Shown here: positions 41,098 to 50,261 of the stretch, piece by piece | Position numbering within the stretch: position 1 is the stretch's first letter | Layout of the letters: every line of letters begins with the position of its first letter | Virus record (IMG/VR): IMGVR_UViG_3300001598_000004 | Span: 12,598 to 76,597 of that record | Direction: 5' to 3' (one strand) | Length of the DNA stretch: 64,000 nucleotides | Source: a virus | Taxonomy: Duplodnaviria > Caudoviricetes | Notes under the pieces: model-generated | Told to the model about the DNA's origin: nothing | The model's input: only the letters and a program-made list of their open reading frames with translations | Database searches by the model: none | Translations under genes and position numbers: made by a program

Positions 41098-43053
41098 TTA
41101 TTTCTTGTTTACGAAATTCATAAACTCAGCACGGGTCTCAGCATCGTTCTTGAAAGCTCCTGTAAGGAATGATGAGGTCATAATACCCTTCTTCTTTACA
41201 CCGCGCATTTCCTTGCAAAGGTGTGAGCCTCGCATAACAAGAGCGATACCAAGAGGTGGATATTCTTCGCCAAGAGCCTTCTCAAGCATTTCTACGATGT
41301 CGTGCGTAAGACGTTCCTGCACCTGTAGTTTAGCAGCGCAATAGTCAACAACGCGACCAATCTTTGAGATACCGAGGATCTTGCCCTTTGGATTAGGAAT
41401 GTAAGCGAACCAGTAATGCCCGAAGAAAGGCATCATGTGGTGCTCACAATTATGGGTAAGAACGCCGTTGATGCAGAATGTGTGTTCGTTGTCACATTTG
41501 AAAGAATATACCTTAGTAGGCTTATCCACAAACTCAACACTAACAACTTCTACCATTTCGCTCTCGCCAAGGTCTATGTTTGCTTCGTACTTCTCAAAGC
41601 CATGCTTCTTGAACCACTCTTCACTTAGTACCTTCTTAGAGATATTGGTATTATAGACATCATGCTTAGATACTGCGCTCCGTATGCCTTTTACTCCGTT
41701 TCGTGACGCAACGCCCATGAAGTCACGCAATTCATTGATAAAGTCTTTATTTGTTGACATTATTCTATCATACTCCTGCTTTTCTCCGCGATAGCGAGTG
41801 CCGTCAGTATCAAGATAACCTTCAACAAAGCCTCTCCAACAATCATAGTTAGCCTTTACAATCTCAGGAAGGTGGAATTTCTGAGTCTTAGAGCCACAAC
41901 CAATAGATCCGAATGGAATGTTAAGCATCTTTAAGGTTCTGCGGGCAATCTCTGATGAAACAACACGAATGCGATATTGGATCATCTTACCACCGAAGCC
42001 GTTAGGCTTGCATATAGTTTCGATGTTTGCCTTATATCCAAACACGTTGTATAGAGCATCATAGAATTTACATGTCACCTCAGAATTGTTCGTTTCAAGA
42101 CAAATTCTTCTATCCTCTTGCACCGAGCATTCTGCTGCAACAACAGCAAGGAAATAGCCAAGTTTCTTTCCGACCTTAAAGTCATAATGCTTCTGGGTGA
42201 AAGTCTTTGGATTTATCCATTCAACTTTTCTGCCAAGCGAACTTCCTGCTTCTATCCACTCACCTTCTGAGCGCAAAGGATGATCCGCAGTAACGCTGAA
42301 TCTCTTACCATTGGCAAGAGTTATGTTTACATATCCATCTGCCTTATGTGTGGTAATCTCAGTGATTGTTGTTTGCACAGGAATGCCATTGACAATAGTC
42401 CAGAGCTTATCTCCTACTCTCTGGTCTCTTGCGCGATTTTTCTTCCCTACAGAGTTGACGCACTGAAAGCCTGGTACACACATAGAATAGTAGTCGCCCT
42501 CGTCGATAACCATTGAGTCGTAGGTTATACCATCCTCTCCATTAGGGAACACAGTAATCTTTGGCTTCTTTGTTTCATCGTAACCTCTGAATATCTCTGC
42601 CCACATACGGATGATGCGGTCAGGTGTGCCAAGCAAGCCTGTTCGATTTGGATCTTCGCCAATATACTCAAAAATGCGACGGATGTTATCTTCTACTGTT
42701 TCACCCTTTTCGTCAGGGAACACGATCCATTCTCCTTCTGGCGACTCAGCACCATAATATGTGCATTTGTCGGTAGAATAAGGACGGCAGAACACTACTG
42801 CTTTATCATACTTGAAGTAATTCTCAAGGGTAGCTCCTGAGTCGCAGATGTCATCAACGACAAGAATGTTGCTATAACTTAATTCGGTAAATACAGGCAA
42901 GTCAAGCAACTTTCCAAGTTTGATTGCAGGATAATAGCCACCGCGAGGTATGCCGTAAACGCCTGTATATTTCTTGCCCGATTGTTCAATCTTACAGGCG
43001 AGCTTATTGATGTAGGCATCGTAAAGCTCATATGTCAAAACTTTCTTTTCCAT
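41098..43053 (-). CDS. folE: Fusion: type I phosphoribosyltransferase domain + GTP cyclohydrolase I interrupted by an intein
   Basis: N-terminal YGIPRGG / VVDDICDSGATL PRPP-binding motif; FolE GEDPNRTGLLGTPDR, CEHH, SKIGR, QVQERLT, HLCKEMRG. Confidence 0.92.
   Translation of the reverse strand: MEKKVLTYELYDAYINKLACKIEQSGKKYTGVYGIPRGGYYPAIKLGKLLDLPVFTELSYSNILVVDDICDSGATLENYFKYDKAVVFCRPYSTDKCTYYGAESPEGEWIVFPDEKGETVEDNIRRIFEYIGEDPNRTGLLGTPDRIIRMWAEIFRGYDETKKPKITVFPNGEDGITYDSMVIDEGDYYSMCVPGFQCVNSVGKKNRARDQRVGDKLWTIVNGIPVQTTITEITTHKADGYVNITLANGKRFSVTADHPLRSEGEWIEAGSSLGRKVEWINPKTFTQKHYDFKVGKKLGYFLAVVAAECSVQEDRRICLETNNSEVTCKFYDALYNVFGYKANIETICKPNGFGGKMIQYRIRVVSSEIARRTLKMLNIPFGSIGCGSKTQKFHLPEIVKANYDCWRGFVEGYLDTDGTRYRGEKQEYDRIMSTNKDFINELRDFMGVASRNGVKGIRSAVSKHDVYNTNISKKVLSEEWFKKHGFEKYEANIDLGESEMVEVVSVEFVDKPTKVYSFKCDNEHTFCINGVLTHNCEHHMMPFFGHYWFAYIPNPKGKILGISKIGRVVDYCAAKLQVQERLTHDIVEMLEKALGEEYPPLGIALVMRGSHLCKEMRGVKKKGIMTSSFLTGAFKNDAETRAEFMNFVNKK
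41449..42480 (-). mobile_element. Intein (344 aa) with LAGLIDADG endonuclease in folE
   Basis: Begins CVPGFQ after YYSM; block B VTADHPL; FVEGYLDTDG; ends VYSFKCDNEHTFCINGVLTHN; +1 Cys of CEHH. Confidence 0.93.
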
Positions 43054-43056
43054 ATC

Positions 43057-43650
43057 TTAACGCACATTTATGATTTTCTGCTGTTGGAGAGAAAGCTGCC
43101 AATCAGGATGTTTCTTGATATACTCAATACAACCATCAAGGATAGCCTTATTCTTCTTCTCATCGCCTGTATCACAAGGTTGCAGGTATTTGTTTTGAAC
43201 CTCCACAGGGTAGTCCTTTATCTCATGTTCGCCGTCAAAGACGATTTTGATTTCGTCGGCAGCTACGATCTTAGGAGTTCCGTTGTTGACGTATGCGTCC
43301 TTTGGCGAGAAGGTAACATAGTCAATATTCCACGGATAAAGGTTAGTGCCGTTTGTTTCCATAGCGACATAGTAGCCATGATCGTGGAGTCGGTCAATGA
43401 GTTCGTGGTCGGCTTGAAGAGTTGGCTCGCCACCTGTCAAGACGATGAACTTACAAGAGCTATCTCCTGTTGTGACAATCTCTAAGATTAGGTCGTTAGC
43501 AGTCATTTCGACATAATCAGAGAAGTCAGTATCGCAGAAAGGACACTTTAGGTTACAGCCAGAGAAGCGGACGAAGATAGCCGCACTTCCAGCCCATCTA
43601 CCCTCGCCTTGCAAGGAGTAGAAGATTTCGTTGATGCGATATGTTTTCAT
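43057..43650 (-). CDS. queE: 7-carboxy-7-deazaguanine synthase (radical SAM)
   Basis: EIFYSLQGEG, FVRFSGCNLKCPFCDT, TGGEP, METNG. Confidence 0.96.
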   Translation of the reverse strand: MKTYRINEIFYSLQGEGRWAGSAAIFVRFSGCNLKCPFCDTDFSDYVEMTANDLILEIVTTGDSSCKFIVLTGGEPTLQADHELIDRLHDHGYYVAMETNGTNLYPWNIDYVTFSPKDAYVNNGTPKIVAADEIKIVFDGEHEIKDYPVEVQNKYLQPCDTGDEKKNKAILDGCIEYIKKHPDWQLSLQQQKIINVR

Positions 43651-44009
43651 TACATTGCCTCCTCGCCGTCAACCTTTGTATCATCAACATAACAAGCGAT
43701 GTTGCCCTCTGACTCTTGCACGAATGCCTTGTAGCATTGAGGGAATTGAGAAACGATCCACTTTGCCATATTCTCAGCCGTAGGATTGAAAGAAAGCACC
43801 TCGTTGAGATACGCATGGTCGAGTTTATCGTGGATAGCATTCTTAATATGCTTGAAGTCGATAACCATTCCGTCATCGTTTAGGAAACGAGACTTGCAAT
43901 ATACGGTAATGATCCAATTATGCCCATGAAGGTTCTGGCATTTACTTTCGTATGAGAGTTTCAACTTATGTGCAGCCGAAATCTCCATTCTTTTTGAAAC
44001 GTAATACAT
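43650..44009 (-). CDS. queD: 6-carboxy-5,6,7,8-tetrahydropterin synthase
   Basis: SAAHKL, CQNLHGHNW, IDF, LDHAYLN, PTAENMA. Confidence 0.96.
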   Translation of the reverse strand: MYYVSKRMEISAAHKLKLSYESKCQNLHGHNWIITVYCKSRFLNDDGMVIDFKHIKNAIHDKLDHAYLNEVLSFNPTAENMAKWIVSQFPQCYKAFVQESEGNIACYVDDTKVDGEEAM

Positions 44010-44023
44010 ATCCTCTTGTGTTT

Positions 44024-44677
44024 TTAAGATTCATATTCAGTTGTATCCTCGATACCTGCATCACGAAGAGCTTCTTTTCGCTCCACGCAAGTGCCACACT
44101 TACCGCAGTGCTTCTCACCGCCTTTGTAGCAAGACCAAGTTTCCGCGTAGTCAAGACCAAGCTCTTTGCCGTGACGTGCTACATCAGTCTTTGTGATGTT
44201 GGTGTAAGGTGCAAGGATCTGGATGTTTTCGTAAGTGCCTGCACCCATTGCGTCAGACATAGCAGCGATGAAATCAGCACGGCAATCAGGGTAGATAGCA
44301 TGGTCGCCCCCATGATTGGCAATCATCACGTTTTTCAAGCCGTTAGACTCCGCGATACCACAAGCAATCGCAAGCATAATGCCGTTACGGAAAGGAACAA
44401 CTGTTGATTTCATGTTAGCATCAGCGTAATGTCCTTCTGGAATAGCATCAGCACCCTCAAGGAGAGAGGATTTGAAGTATTCGTGCATGAAGGTGAGAGG
44501 AATTACGATGTGCTTGATACCAAGTCTTTCGCAATGCAACTTAGCAAATGGGATCTCTTTCTTCGCATGGTTTGATCCATAATCGAAAGTAATGCCCATT
44601 GCAATCTTATCCTTATATTCGTGCAGGAGAGTTATTGAATCCATACCTCCTGACACTATAATCAATGAGTCCTTCAT
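44024..44677 (-). CDS. queC: 7-cyano-7-deazaguanine (preQ0) synthase
   Basis: SGGMDS, VPFRN, YPDCR, TWSCY, CGKCGTC. Confidence 0.97.
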   Translation of the reverse strand: MKDSLIIVSGGMDSITLLHEYKDKIAMGITFDYGSNHAKKEIPFAKLHCERLGIKHIVIPLTFMHEYFKSSLLEGADAIPEGHYADANMKSTVVPFRNGIMLAIACGIAESNGLKNVMIANHGGDHAIYPDCRADFIAAMSDAMGAGTYENIQILAPYTNITKTDVARHGKELGLDYAETWSCYKGGEKHCGKCGTCVERKEALRDAGIEDTTEYES

Positions 44678-44682
44678 CTTTA

Positions 44683-45150
44683 TTACTGGTTCTTGAAACA
44701 AGCTAAAAGGCGAGCCTTCTCAATATCCTTGTGTTCGTCGTCAGCATAAGTAGCGACAGGATAGATGCTTATACCACCGCGAGGCATGAACACGCCGATA
44801 ACCTCAAGATACTTAGGCTGCATGAGGGCAACAAGGTCATTCTTAATCATATTCACGCAATCCTCGTGGAAATCTCCGTGATTACGGAATGAGAAAAGAT
44901 ACAACTTGAGAGATTTAGACTCAACCATCTTCTCATTAGGGATGTAGTTGATGATGATCTTTGCGAAGTCTGGCTGACCTGTCTTTGGGCAGAGTGATGT
45001 AAACTCTGGGCAGTTGAATGTCACAAGATACTCATTCTCAGGGTGTTTGTTAACGAAGGTTTCAAGCACCTGTGGCGCATAATCAGTTTCATACTTTGTG
45101 TTCTGATTGCCAAGCAAAGTAACGCCGTTCAATTCTTTTTCGTTTCTCAT
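44683..45150 (-). CDS. queF: preQ0 reductase (unimodular QueF)
   Basis: [10 protein letters not shown], QueF motif [17 protein letters not shown]. Confidence 0.96.
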   Translation of the reverse strand: MRNEKELNGVTLLGNQNTKYETDYAPQVLETFVNKHPENEYLVTFNCPEFTSLCPKTGQPDFAKIIINYIPNEKMVESKSLKLYLFSFRNHGDFHEDCVNMIKNDLVALMQPKYLEVIGVFMPRGGISIYPVATYADDEHKDIEKARLLACFKNQ

Positions 45151-45175
45151 TTTGTTTTGTTTGTTTATGTTGTTG

Positions 45176-45931
45176 TTATTTCCAAATAGGCTGTACGTTG
45201 TTATACATAAAGTCTTGATATTTTCTCCATTCCATGAATGCAGGTCGCCCTAATGCTTGTGCGCTCTTCATTCGCTTTCCTTCTGGCTTTGGAATGAGTT
45301 TGATGATACCCTCTTTAGGAAGGAACTTGAAGGTGTATCCGTATCTACGGCTCACAGACCATGTAGAAGAGTCAACAGAGTCGAAAGGTATCTTATGGAG
45401 CATCGTACTCTTCGTGAAACCCAGTCCGTGAATACGGCAACCTAAAGAGTGAGCCTTGAGGACGAATTGGCGAGCATATTTCTCCGTTAGCTTTGGTGGG
45501 AGTCCTTCGGTAAGGAAGTATCCAAGAGCGATATAATCATAGTCCTTACAATCCTTTATGAATGACTCTTTGCCTCGGATCGTGTGCCAAACAGGAATAG
45601 ATTGCCAACCAACAAGGTTTTCGAGTTTATCACGCAAGCGTCTTGTTTCCTCTACGCCATAAATCTGATCCACATCCATTTCGACATAGTTCCTTATATG
45701 GTTCGCTCTCACGAATGCAGCATACTCTTCGGTATATTTCTTAATATCTACCTGTTTGCCAGAGTTGATGAATGTAAAAACGCCACTATCGAGGATGAAG
45801 TTACGCATCTTAGGAATGTTATTGATGATGCTATCCATCTTCTTACAATAATAGTAGGAAGAAAGGATGTCTGCACCAACGACCAGATCCTCAATATCCA
45901 ATGTATTGTTGATAGCGAGATATACCTTCAT
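45176..45931 (-). CDS. dpdA: DpdA-like DNA guanine transglycosylase (TGT fold)
   Basis: [34 protein letters not shown] motifs; embedded in the que cluster. Confidence 0.8.
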   Translation of the reverse strand: MKVYLAINNTLDIEDLVVGADILSSYYYCKKMDSIINNIPKMRNFILDSGVFTFINSGKQVDIKKYTEEYAAFVRANHIRNYVEMDVDQIYGVEETRRLRDKLENLVGWQSIPVWHTIRGKESFIKDCKDYDYIALGYFLTEGLPPKLTEKYARQFVLKAHSLGCRIHGLGFTKSTMLHKIPFDSVDSSTWSVSRRYGYTFKFLPKEGIIKLIPKPEGKRMKSAQALGRPAFMEWRKYQDFMYNNVQPIWK

Positions 45932-45934
45932 AGC

Positions 45935-46519
45935 CTATTTAACGCTTACATTTGGGTAGGAAAGGAGTGCAACAATGACTTTGTTTCTGACATCTTCCTC
46001 AATGTCAGCTTCCTCATAAGGGATAGTAACAGTAACTACAAGGTCTTTGCCCTTATCCTCTTCTTTCGCCTCTTTTGCTTCCTCGAAGAAATCATCAAGG
46101 TCGCCATTTTCGTCATCATTACCCATGAAGGAAATGTCAACACCCCAATCACCAAGATCCTCGGTAGTACCCCAAGTCTCGTTAGCAAGGATGTCGTAAT
46201 CCCAACGACCATTGCTCACGTTGTCACGGATAACAATCTCTTTCTCTCTATTCTCAGAAAGACCGTGCATGAGGACAGTAGGCACTTCTTCCATTCCAAG
46301 CTGACGAGCAGCCTCGTAACGCATATTACCTGCAATGATAACAAGCGAGCCTGTTCTGTCTGAAAGAATGATTGGGCGGCACTCAAAATAATCAGGATTG
46401 TCCTGAATGCTCTGTTTAAGACGAGCCATATCATCTTCATAGATATAGCGAGGATTACCGCCAAGCTTCTCAAGCTCAGAGGTCTTTCGGTAAACGATTT
46501 GTACTGCGGGTTTCTTCAT
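45935..46519 (-). CDS. ParB/Srx N-terminal domain protein
   Basis: NPR, LKQSI, RPIIL, IIAGNMRYEAARQLG...VP. Confidence 0.88.
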   Translation of the reverse strand: MKKPAVQIVYRKTSELEKLGGNPRYIYEDDMARLKQSIQDNPDYFECRPIILSDRTGSLVIIAGNMRYEAARQLGMEEVPTVLMHGLSENREKEIVIRDNVSNGRWDYDILANETWGTTEDLGDWGVDISFMGNDDENGDLDDFFEEAKEAKEEDKGKDLVVTVTIPYEEADIEEDVRNKVIVALLSYPNVSVK

Positions 46520-46538
46520 ACTTTTTAGAATTATTCCG

Positions 46539-46594
46539 CAAAACTAATCATTTTATATAACTTTAAGTAATAATATGATTAGTACGAATAAACA
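46539..46594 (-). promoter_or_regulatory. Late-type promoter TGTTTATTCG-N38-TAGTTTTG upstream of the ParB/dpd/terminase operon
   Basis: + strand CAAAACTA 46539-46546, CGAATAAACA 46585-46594. Confidence 0.7.
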
Positions 46595-46672
46595 TTGCCG
46601 CGTTTTTCGGCGTTTTTGTGGTGTTTGACGGCTTTTTGTAGTTTTTCTTATAAGTATTACAGGCAATAAAAA

Positions 46673-46692
46673 AAGCCGCATTATAGCGGCTT
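46673..46692 (-). terminator. Terminator after the integrase
   Basis: AAGCCGC/GCGGCTT stem with an A-run on + (T-run on -). Confidence 0.7.
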
Positions 46693-46699
46693 CTTTCCT

Positions 46700-47890
46700 T
46701 TACTTATCGTAAAGCACATAATCAATAACCTTTCTGTTTGCGTCGTCAATTTTCTTATGGTCAAAATCAATATAGACGGCAGTGACTTTTGATCCATTGG
46801 AATGTCCTAAGGCTGCACTGATAGTATCAATCGGCACATCAAGGTGTGAAGCGATGGTCGCCCAAGAATGTCGAGACCAATAGGTTGTGATACCTTCTTG
46901 TATATCCATACTTTGCAAAGCAGAGTTAAGGTGCTTCGCGTAGTCCTTATAGGATGTGTATCTATCCATCATAGAAAGAAGATACTTCTTACCTTTCAAC
47001 CTCTCTATAATCTCATCTGCCTCTGGTTCTACTTTGATGTGATAGTGTTTGCCAGTTTTACGTCTATCATAGTCGATGTACCCATTCCGATAATCTTCCT
47101 TCCTAAGATGCAAGAGATCCACAATGTTGATACCAATGAGCATAAACATGAGTTTAATGACATCTATGTACTCATTGTAGTAAGCTGTATGGTAACGGCT
47201 CGTATAGTTGAGGGAAAAGAGCCGACGGATCTGCTCTATGCTCAATGCACGCTTTGTTGTCTCAGCACGTCGTATCTTATACTTCAAGAAAGGATTGACC
47301 GACGCAATACCCTCTGCCATCGCATCTTTTATTGCAGCTCTTATGTTTCTCAGATGGATCGACCTTGTATTAACCTCACATCCGTTCCTCTCTAAAAATT
47401 CATCAAAGTGTTTTACCCATAAGGCATCCACATCGTCAAAGGTCAATTCGTCTGCATCATCGGCAAACATAAGGATCTTCTTTCGCGTAGTGTCGTATAT
47501 CTCCCTTGTTCGCGGAGAACGTCGGCTTTGGGCGTAGGCATTGTACCGAAACAAAAACCTTTCCTCTAACGGAGTTTCGTCAACAGGCATCAGCACCGCA
47601 TTGATCCTCTCAACAAGGTCTTTCGCCTTGAGCTTTGTGTACCCGTTTGCTGATACTTCCATCATTGCGCCTTTCACCTTGACTAAGGTTTGCTGCAACA
47701 CCTTATTATAATAGGAGGCACGCGGATGACGGACAACCTTCTTCTTCGTATCATCCCAACACTCTATCGGAATAGATACATTCGCATTTTGCATAGCTGC
47801 CGTGTTGCAACTACGAATGATGATTTTCACAGGAGCTTCATTCTGTTTGTTTAGCTTCCTTGCATCTAAGTAAAGATTAACTGTAGCCAT
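46700..47890 (-). CDS. int: Tyrosine integrase (Bacteroidales type with arm-binding and SAM-like domains)
   Basis: GINIVDL, YWSRHSWAT, LGHS, TAVY motifs; adjacent to attP. Confidence 0.93.
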   Translation of the reverse strand: MATVNLYLDARKLNKQNEAPVKIIIRSCNTAAMQNANVSIPIECWDDTKKKVVRHPRASYYNKVLQQTLVKVKGAMMEVSANGYTKLKAKDLVERINAVLMPVDETPLEERFLFRYNAYAQSRRSPRTREIYDTTRKKILMFADDADELTFDDVDALWVKHFDEFLERNGCEVNTRSIHLRNIRAAIKDAMAEGIASVNPFLKYKIRRAETTKRALSIEQIRRLFSLNYTSRYHTAYYNEYIDVIKLMFMLIGINIVDLLHLRKEDYRNGYIDYDRRKTGKHYHIKVEPEADEIIERLKGKKYLLSMMDRYTSYKDYAKHLNSALQSMDIQEGITTYWSRHSWATIASHLDVPIDTISAALGHSNGSKVTAVYIDFDHKKIDDANRKVIDYVLYDK

Positions 47891-47919
47891 AATCGTACAT
47901 TTTAAAAAGAACAATAGTT

Positions 47920-48220
47920 TTCTCACGGATTTCTCACGGATTCAGCACCAATCTGTACCATAATGTACCCAAAAAGTGCAAAAACTATGTTTTTTTTAAA
48001 ACCTACTCAATCCACGCTACGAACTACCTAAAACGCTATTCTGTTACGCTTTCGAGAGTTAGTTTCATAGTCGGGGTGACAGGACTTGAACCTGCGACCA
48101 CACGCCCCCCAGACGTAGCGTCGTTGGCTCTAATCTTTGCACTTATCTAACACATTTTCAGCACATTACGCATTCGCTCTAATTACGACAAATTTTGCCT
48201 TCTCACGGATTTCTCACCGT
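47920..48220. mobile_element. attP region with arm-type direct repeats
   Basis: TTCTCACGGATTTCTCAC at 47920-47937 and 48200-48217, flanking the tRNA fragment. Confidence 0.75.
48071..48118 (-). pseudogene. 3' half of tRNA-Pro(GGG) = attP core
   Basis: - strand TACGT-CTGGGGG-GCGTG anticodon arm, GCAGG-TTCAAGT-CCTGT T-arm, CACCCCGA acceptor strand; no 5' acceptor strand or D-arm. Confidence 0.85.
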
Positions 48221-48221
48221 T

Positions 48222-48647
48222 TTATTTATTTTCGGCAAATTTCGACTCGAAAAGTTGAAGAAGTCTGTCGATCTGCTCTTGTGACTTTGCAAGGCTTTGC
48301 TGTTGGGAAAGGATCACATCGATGAGCTTATCATCACCCTTCCTCGTTATTTTATTATTCTTGCCACCAACGGAGTTGTCACCGTGCACGGAGTTATCTT
48401 CGGATACATCTATATTAATAGTGTTATTCTCGAAGCCTTCGGCGAACATATTTCCTTGCCCTGTTTGCAACCATTCAACATTTAGCTCTGGATGTGCTTT
48501 CTTGATCCTTTGTATTACACGAGGACTGATATTGTTTACAGCATTGGCAAAGTATGCAGGTGATACTCCGATATCCTCCTGAAACTTCCTTTTTGACAAG
48601 TCCACAACTGCGAGGAACTCATTTAGTCTTTCTCTGATCTTTTCCAT
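48222..48647 (-). CDS. CI-like HTH repressor
   Basis: LSKRKFQEDIGVSPAY HTH and PELNVEWLQTGQGNM motif; divergent from the cro-like gene. Confidence 0.85.
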   Translation of the reverse strand: MEKIRERLNEFLAVVDLSKRKFQEDIGVSPAYFANAVNNISPRVIQRIKKAHPELNVEWLQTGQGNMFAEGFENNTINIDVSEDNSVHGDNSVGGKNNKITRKGDDKLIDVILSQQQSLAKSQEQIDRLLQLFESKFAENK

Positions 48648-48941
48648 AATAGTTATTAATTGACAGGTTAATTATCTTAATTATTATTAATTTTTAGCCG
48701 AACTAATCATTTTATATCGTTTTATTGAAAACTATTTTATAATTTTGCCGACGATTTTATATAACTTTTATATATATGCAATATTAATACTATTTTCTAA
48801 TAGGTGCAATAATTATACTTTATTATTAACTTTTTTTAAGTGATGCACTGGAGATTATAGGGGTTTATCGCATTTTATATTAAGTAAAGTACAATTTTTA
48901 ATATAATTCACGAACTAAACACTTTAAACATTACTAATCAG

Positions 48942-49148
48942 ATGAAAACGGCAAAAGAGAAAAAGACACTAAAACAGAAGGCTTTAAGAGCCTATCAAAT
49001 GAAGGTCAGAACTGAGTATGAATCGCTCCTTCTGAAAGGATATGGAAAGACGGATGCCAAGAACCTTTGCGCCGACAAATTCAACCTTTCCTTCGCAACT
49101 ATCAACAACTACATCAAAATAACCAACGAAATTGAAGAAGAAGTATGA
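48942..49148 (+). CDS. Cro-like HTH protein
   Basis: ADKFNLSFATINNYI; divergent from the repressor. Confidence 0.55.
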   Translation: MKTAKEKKTLKQKALRAYQMKVRTEYESLLLKGYGKTDAKNLCADKFNLSFATINNYIKITNEIEEEV

Positions 49149-49357
49149 TAAGCACAACACCGCAAGTAGAGAAGAATAGAATGTACACAATCTGCGAAGC
49201 GGCTGATGTATTACAATTACACCGTAACACACTACGCCGTTATACAGACGAAAGCCACATCTTCTCTTGTGACATCAATCAGGTAGGTCGAAGGGTTTAC
49301 ACAGGATTGCAAATTATAAATGGTTGGAGGAAATTCTATGGCAAAGCGATACTCTGA
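49145..49357 (+). CDS. Excisionase-like winged HTH protein
   Basis: YTICEAADVLQLHRNTLRRY...GRRVYTG. Confidence 0.65.
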   Translation: MISTTPQVEKNRMYTICEAADVLQLHRNTLRRYTDESHIFSCDINQVGRRVYTGLQIINGWRKFYGKAIL

Positions 49358-50261
49358 TACCGAAAGGTTTGCAAAGGATTTCTATAAAGGACTGCCTGCA
49401 CCATACAAATTGCTTTGGGAGTATGTATGTGCGAATTGCGACTATGCTGGTTTCTGGAGCGTTGAAGAGGCTGTCGCCCAATACCGAATAGGCGATGATG
49501 CCATGATAAGCCTTGAGAAAGCTCTTGCCTTATACAATGCCGACTCTTGCCGAGTCCTCACCTTAAAAGGAGGATCTTTATGGTTCTTGACAGGGTTTAT
49601 TGAGTTCCAGTATGGAAAGCTGAACATCGCAAAGAACGCAAGCGGCGGTTACAATAAGGTTCATAGGCTTGTAAATGAGAAGCTGAAACACTACGGAATA
49701 GAGCACCTTATAGACAAAGAAACAGGAAAATTTATAGGAGATTCTTCTGCCTCTACTTCTGGGGCAGAGCCTACCCCAGAGGCTGCCCCTACCCTTACCC
49801 CTACCGTAGGGGTATATGATAAAGATAAAGATAAAGATAAAGATAAAGATATTGATAAAGAAAAAGAAAAAAGAAAAAGCAATTTCCCAAGAGACATCGA
49901 ATTGATTTGCTTCTACTACAATTCCCAAATGATAGGCAAAACGATAAAACCTATGCAAAGAATTGCAACGGATAGCGGATTACACAAGAAGATAAGAGCG
50001 AGAATCAATGAATACTCTATCGAAGAGGTTGAAGATGTGATTTGTAGAGCAGCAAACAGCACCTTCCTTAACGGAGGATCTGCAAACAGGTTCATAGCTA
50101 CAGCCGATTGGATATTCAGCCCTAATAACTTTCAAAAAATCTACAATGGAAATTACGACAACAGAACAGCGAGAGGCATCGACACAGAGACCGTCCAAAA
50201 ACTCGAAGAATATTCAGATGCCGCTATGCACTTCGCCAAACTTCGCACCCACGAAGAGTGA
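49338..50261 (+). CDS. Phage replication initiator
   Basis: Central Pro/Thr linker and (DK)n repeat; C-terminal FLNGG...ATADWIFSPNNFQKIYNGNYDN motif. Confidence 0.8.
   Translation: MAKRYSDTERFAKDFYKGLPAPYKLLWEYVCANCDYAGFWSVEEAVAQYRIGDDAMISLEKALALYNADSCRVLTLKGGSLWFLTGFIEFQYGKLNIAKNASGGYNKVHRLVNEKLKHYGIEHLIDKETGKFIGDSSASTSGAEPTPEAAPTLTPTVGVYDKDKDKDKDKDIDKEKEKRKSNFPRDIELICFYYNSQMIGKTIKPMQRIATDSGLHKKIRARINEYSIEEVEDVICRAANSTFLNGGSANRFIATADWIFSPNNFQKIYNGNYDNRTARGIDTETVQKLEEYSDAAMHFAKLRTHEE
49759..49850 (+). repeat. Origin-like palindrome/repeats inside the initiator gene
   Basis: TCTGGGG-N9-CCCCAGA, CCCTAC repeats, and (GATAAA)5 at 49818-49847. Confidence 0.6.

Noticed and set aside
44683-45150. 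QueF-like amidinotransferase (archaeosine, dG+ pathway)
   Set aside because: The intact QueF motif ESKSLKLY and close resemblance to bacterial QueF favour the NADPH reductase giving preQ1.
48071-48118. Functional tRNA-Pro gene
   Set aside because: 5' acceptor strand and D-arm are absent; interpreted as the attP core.
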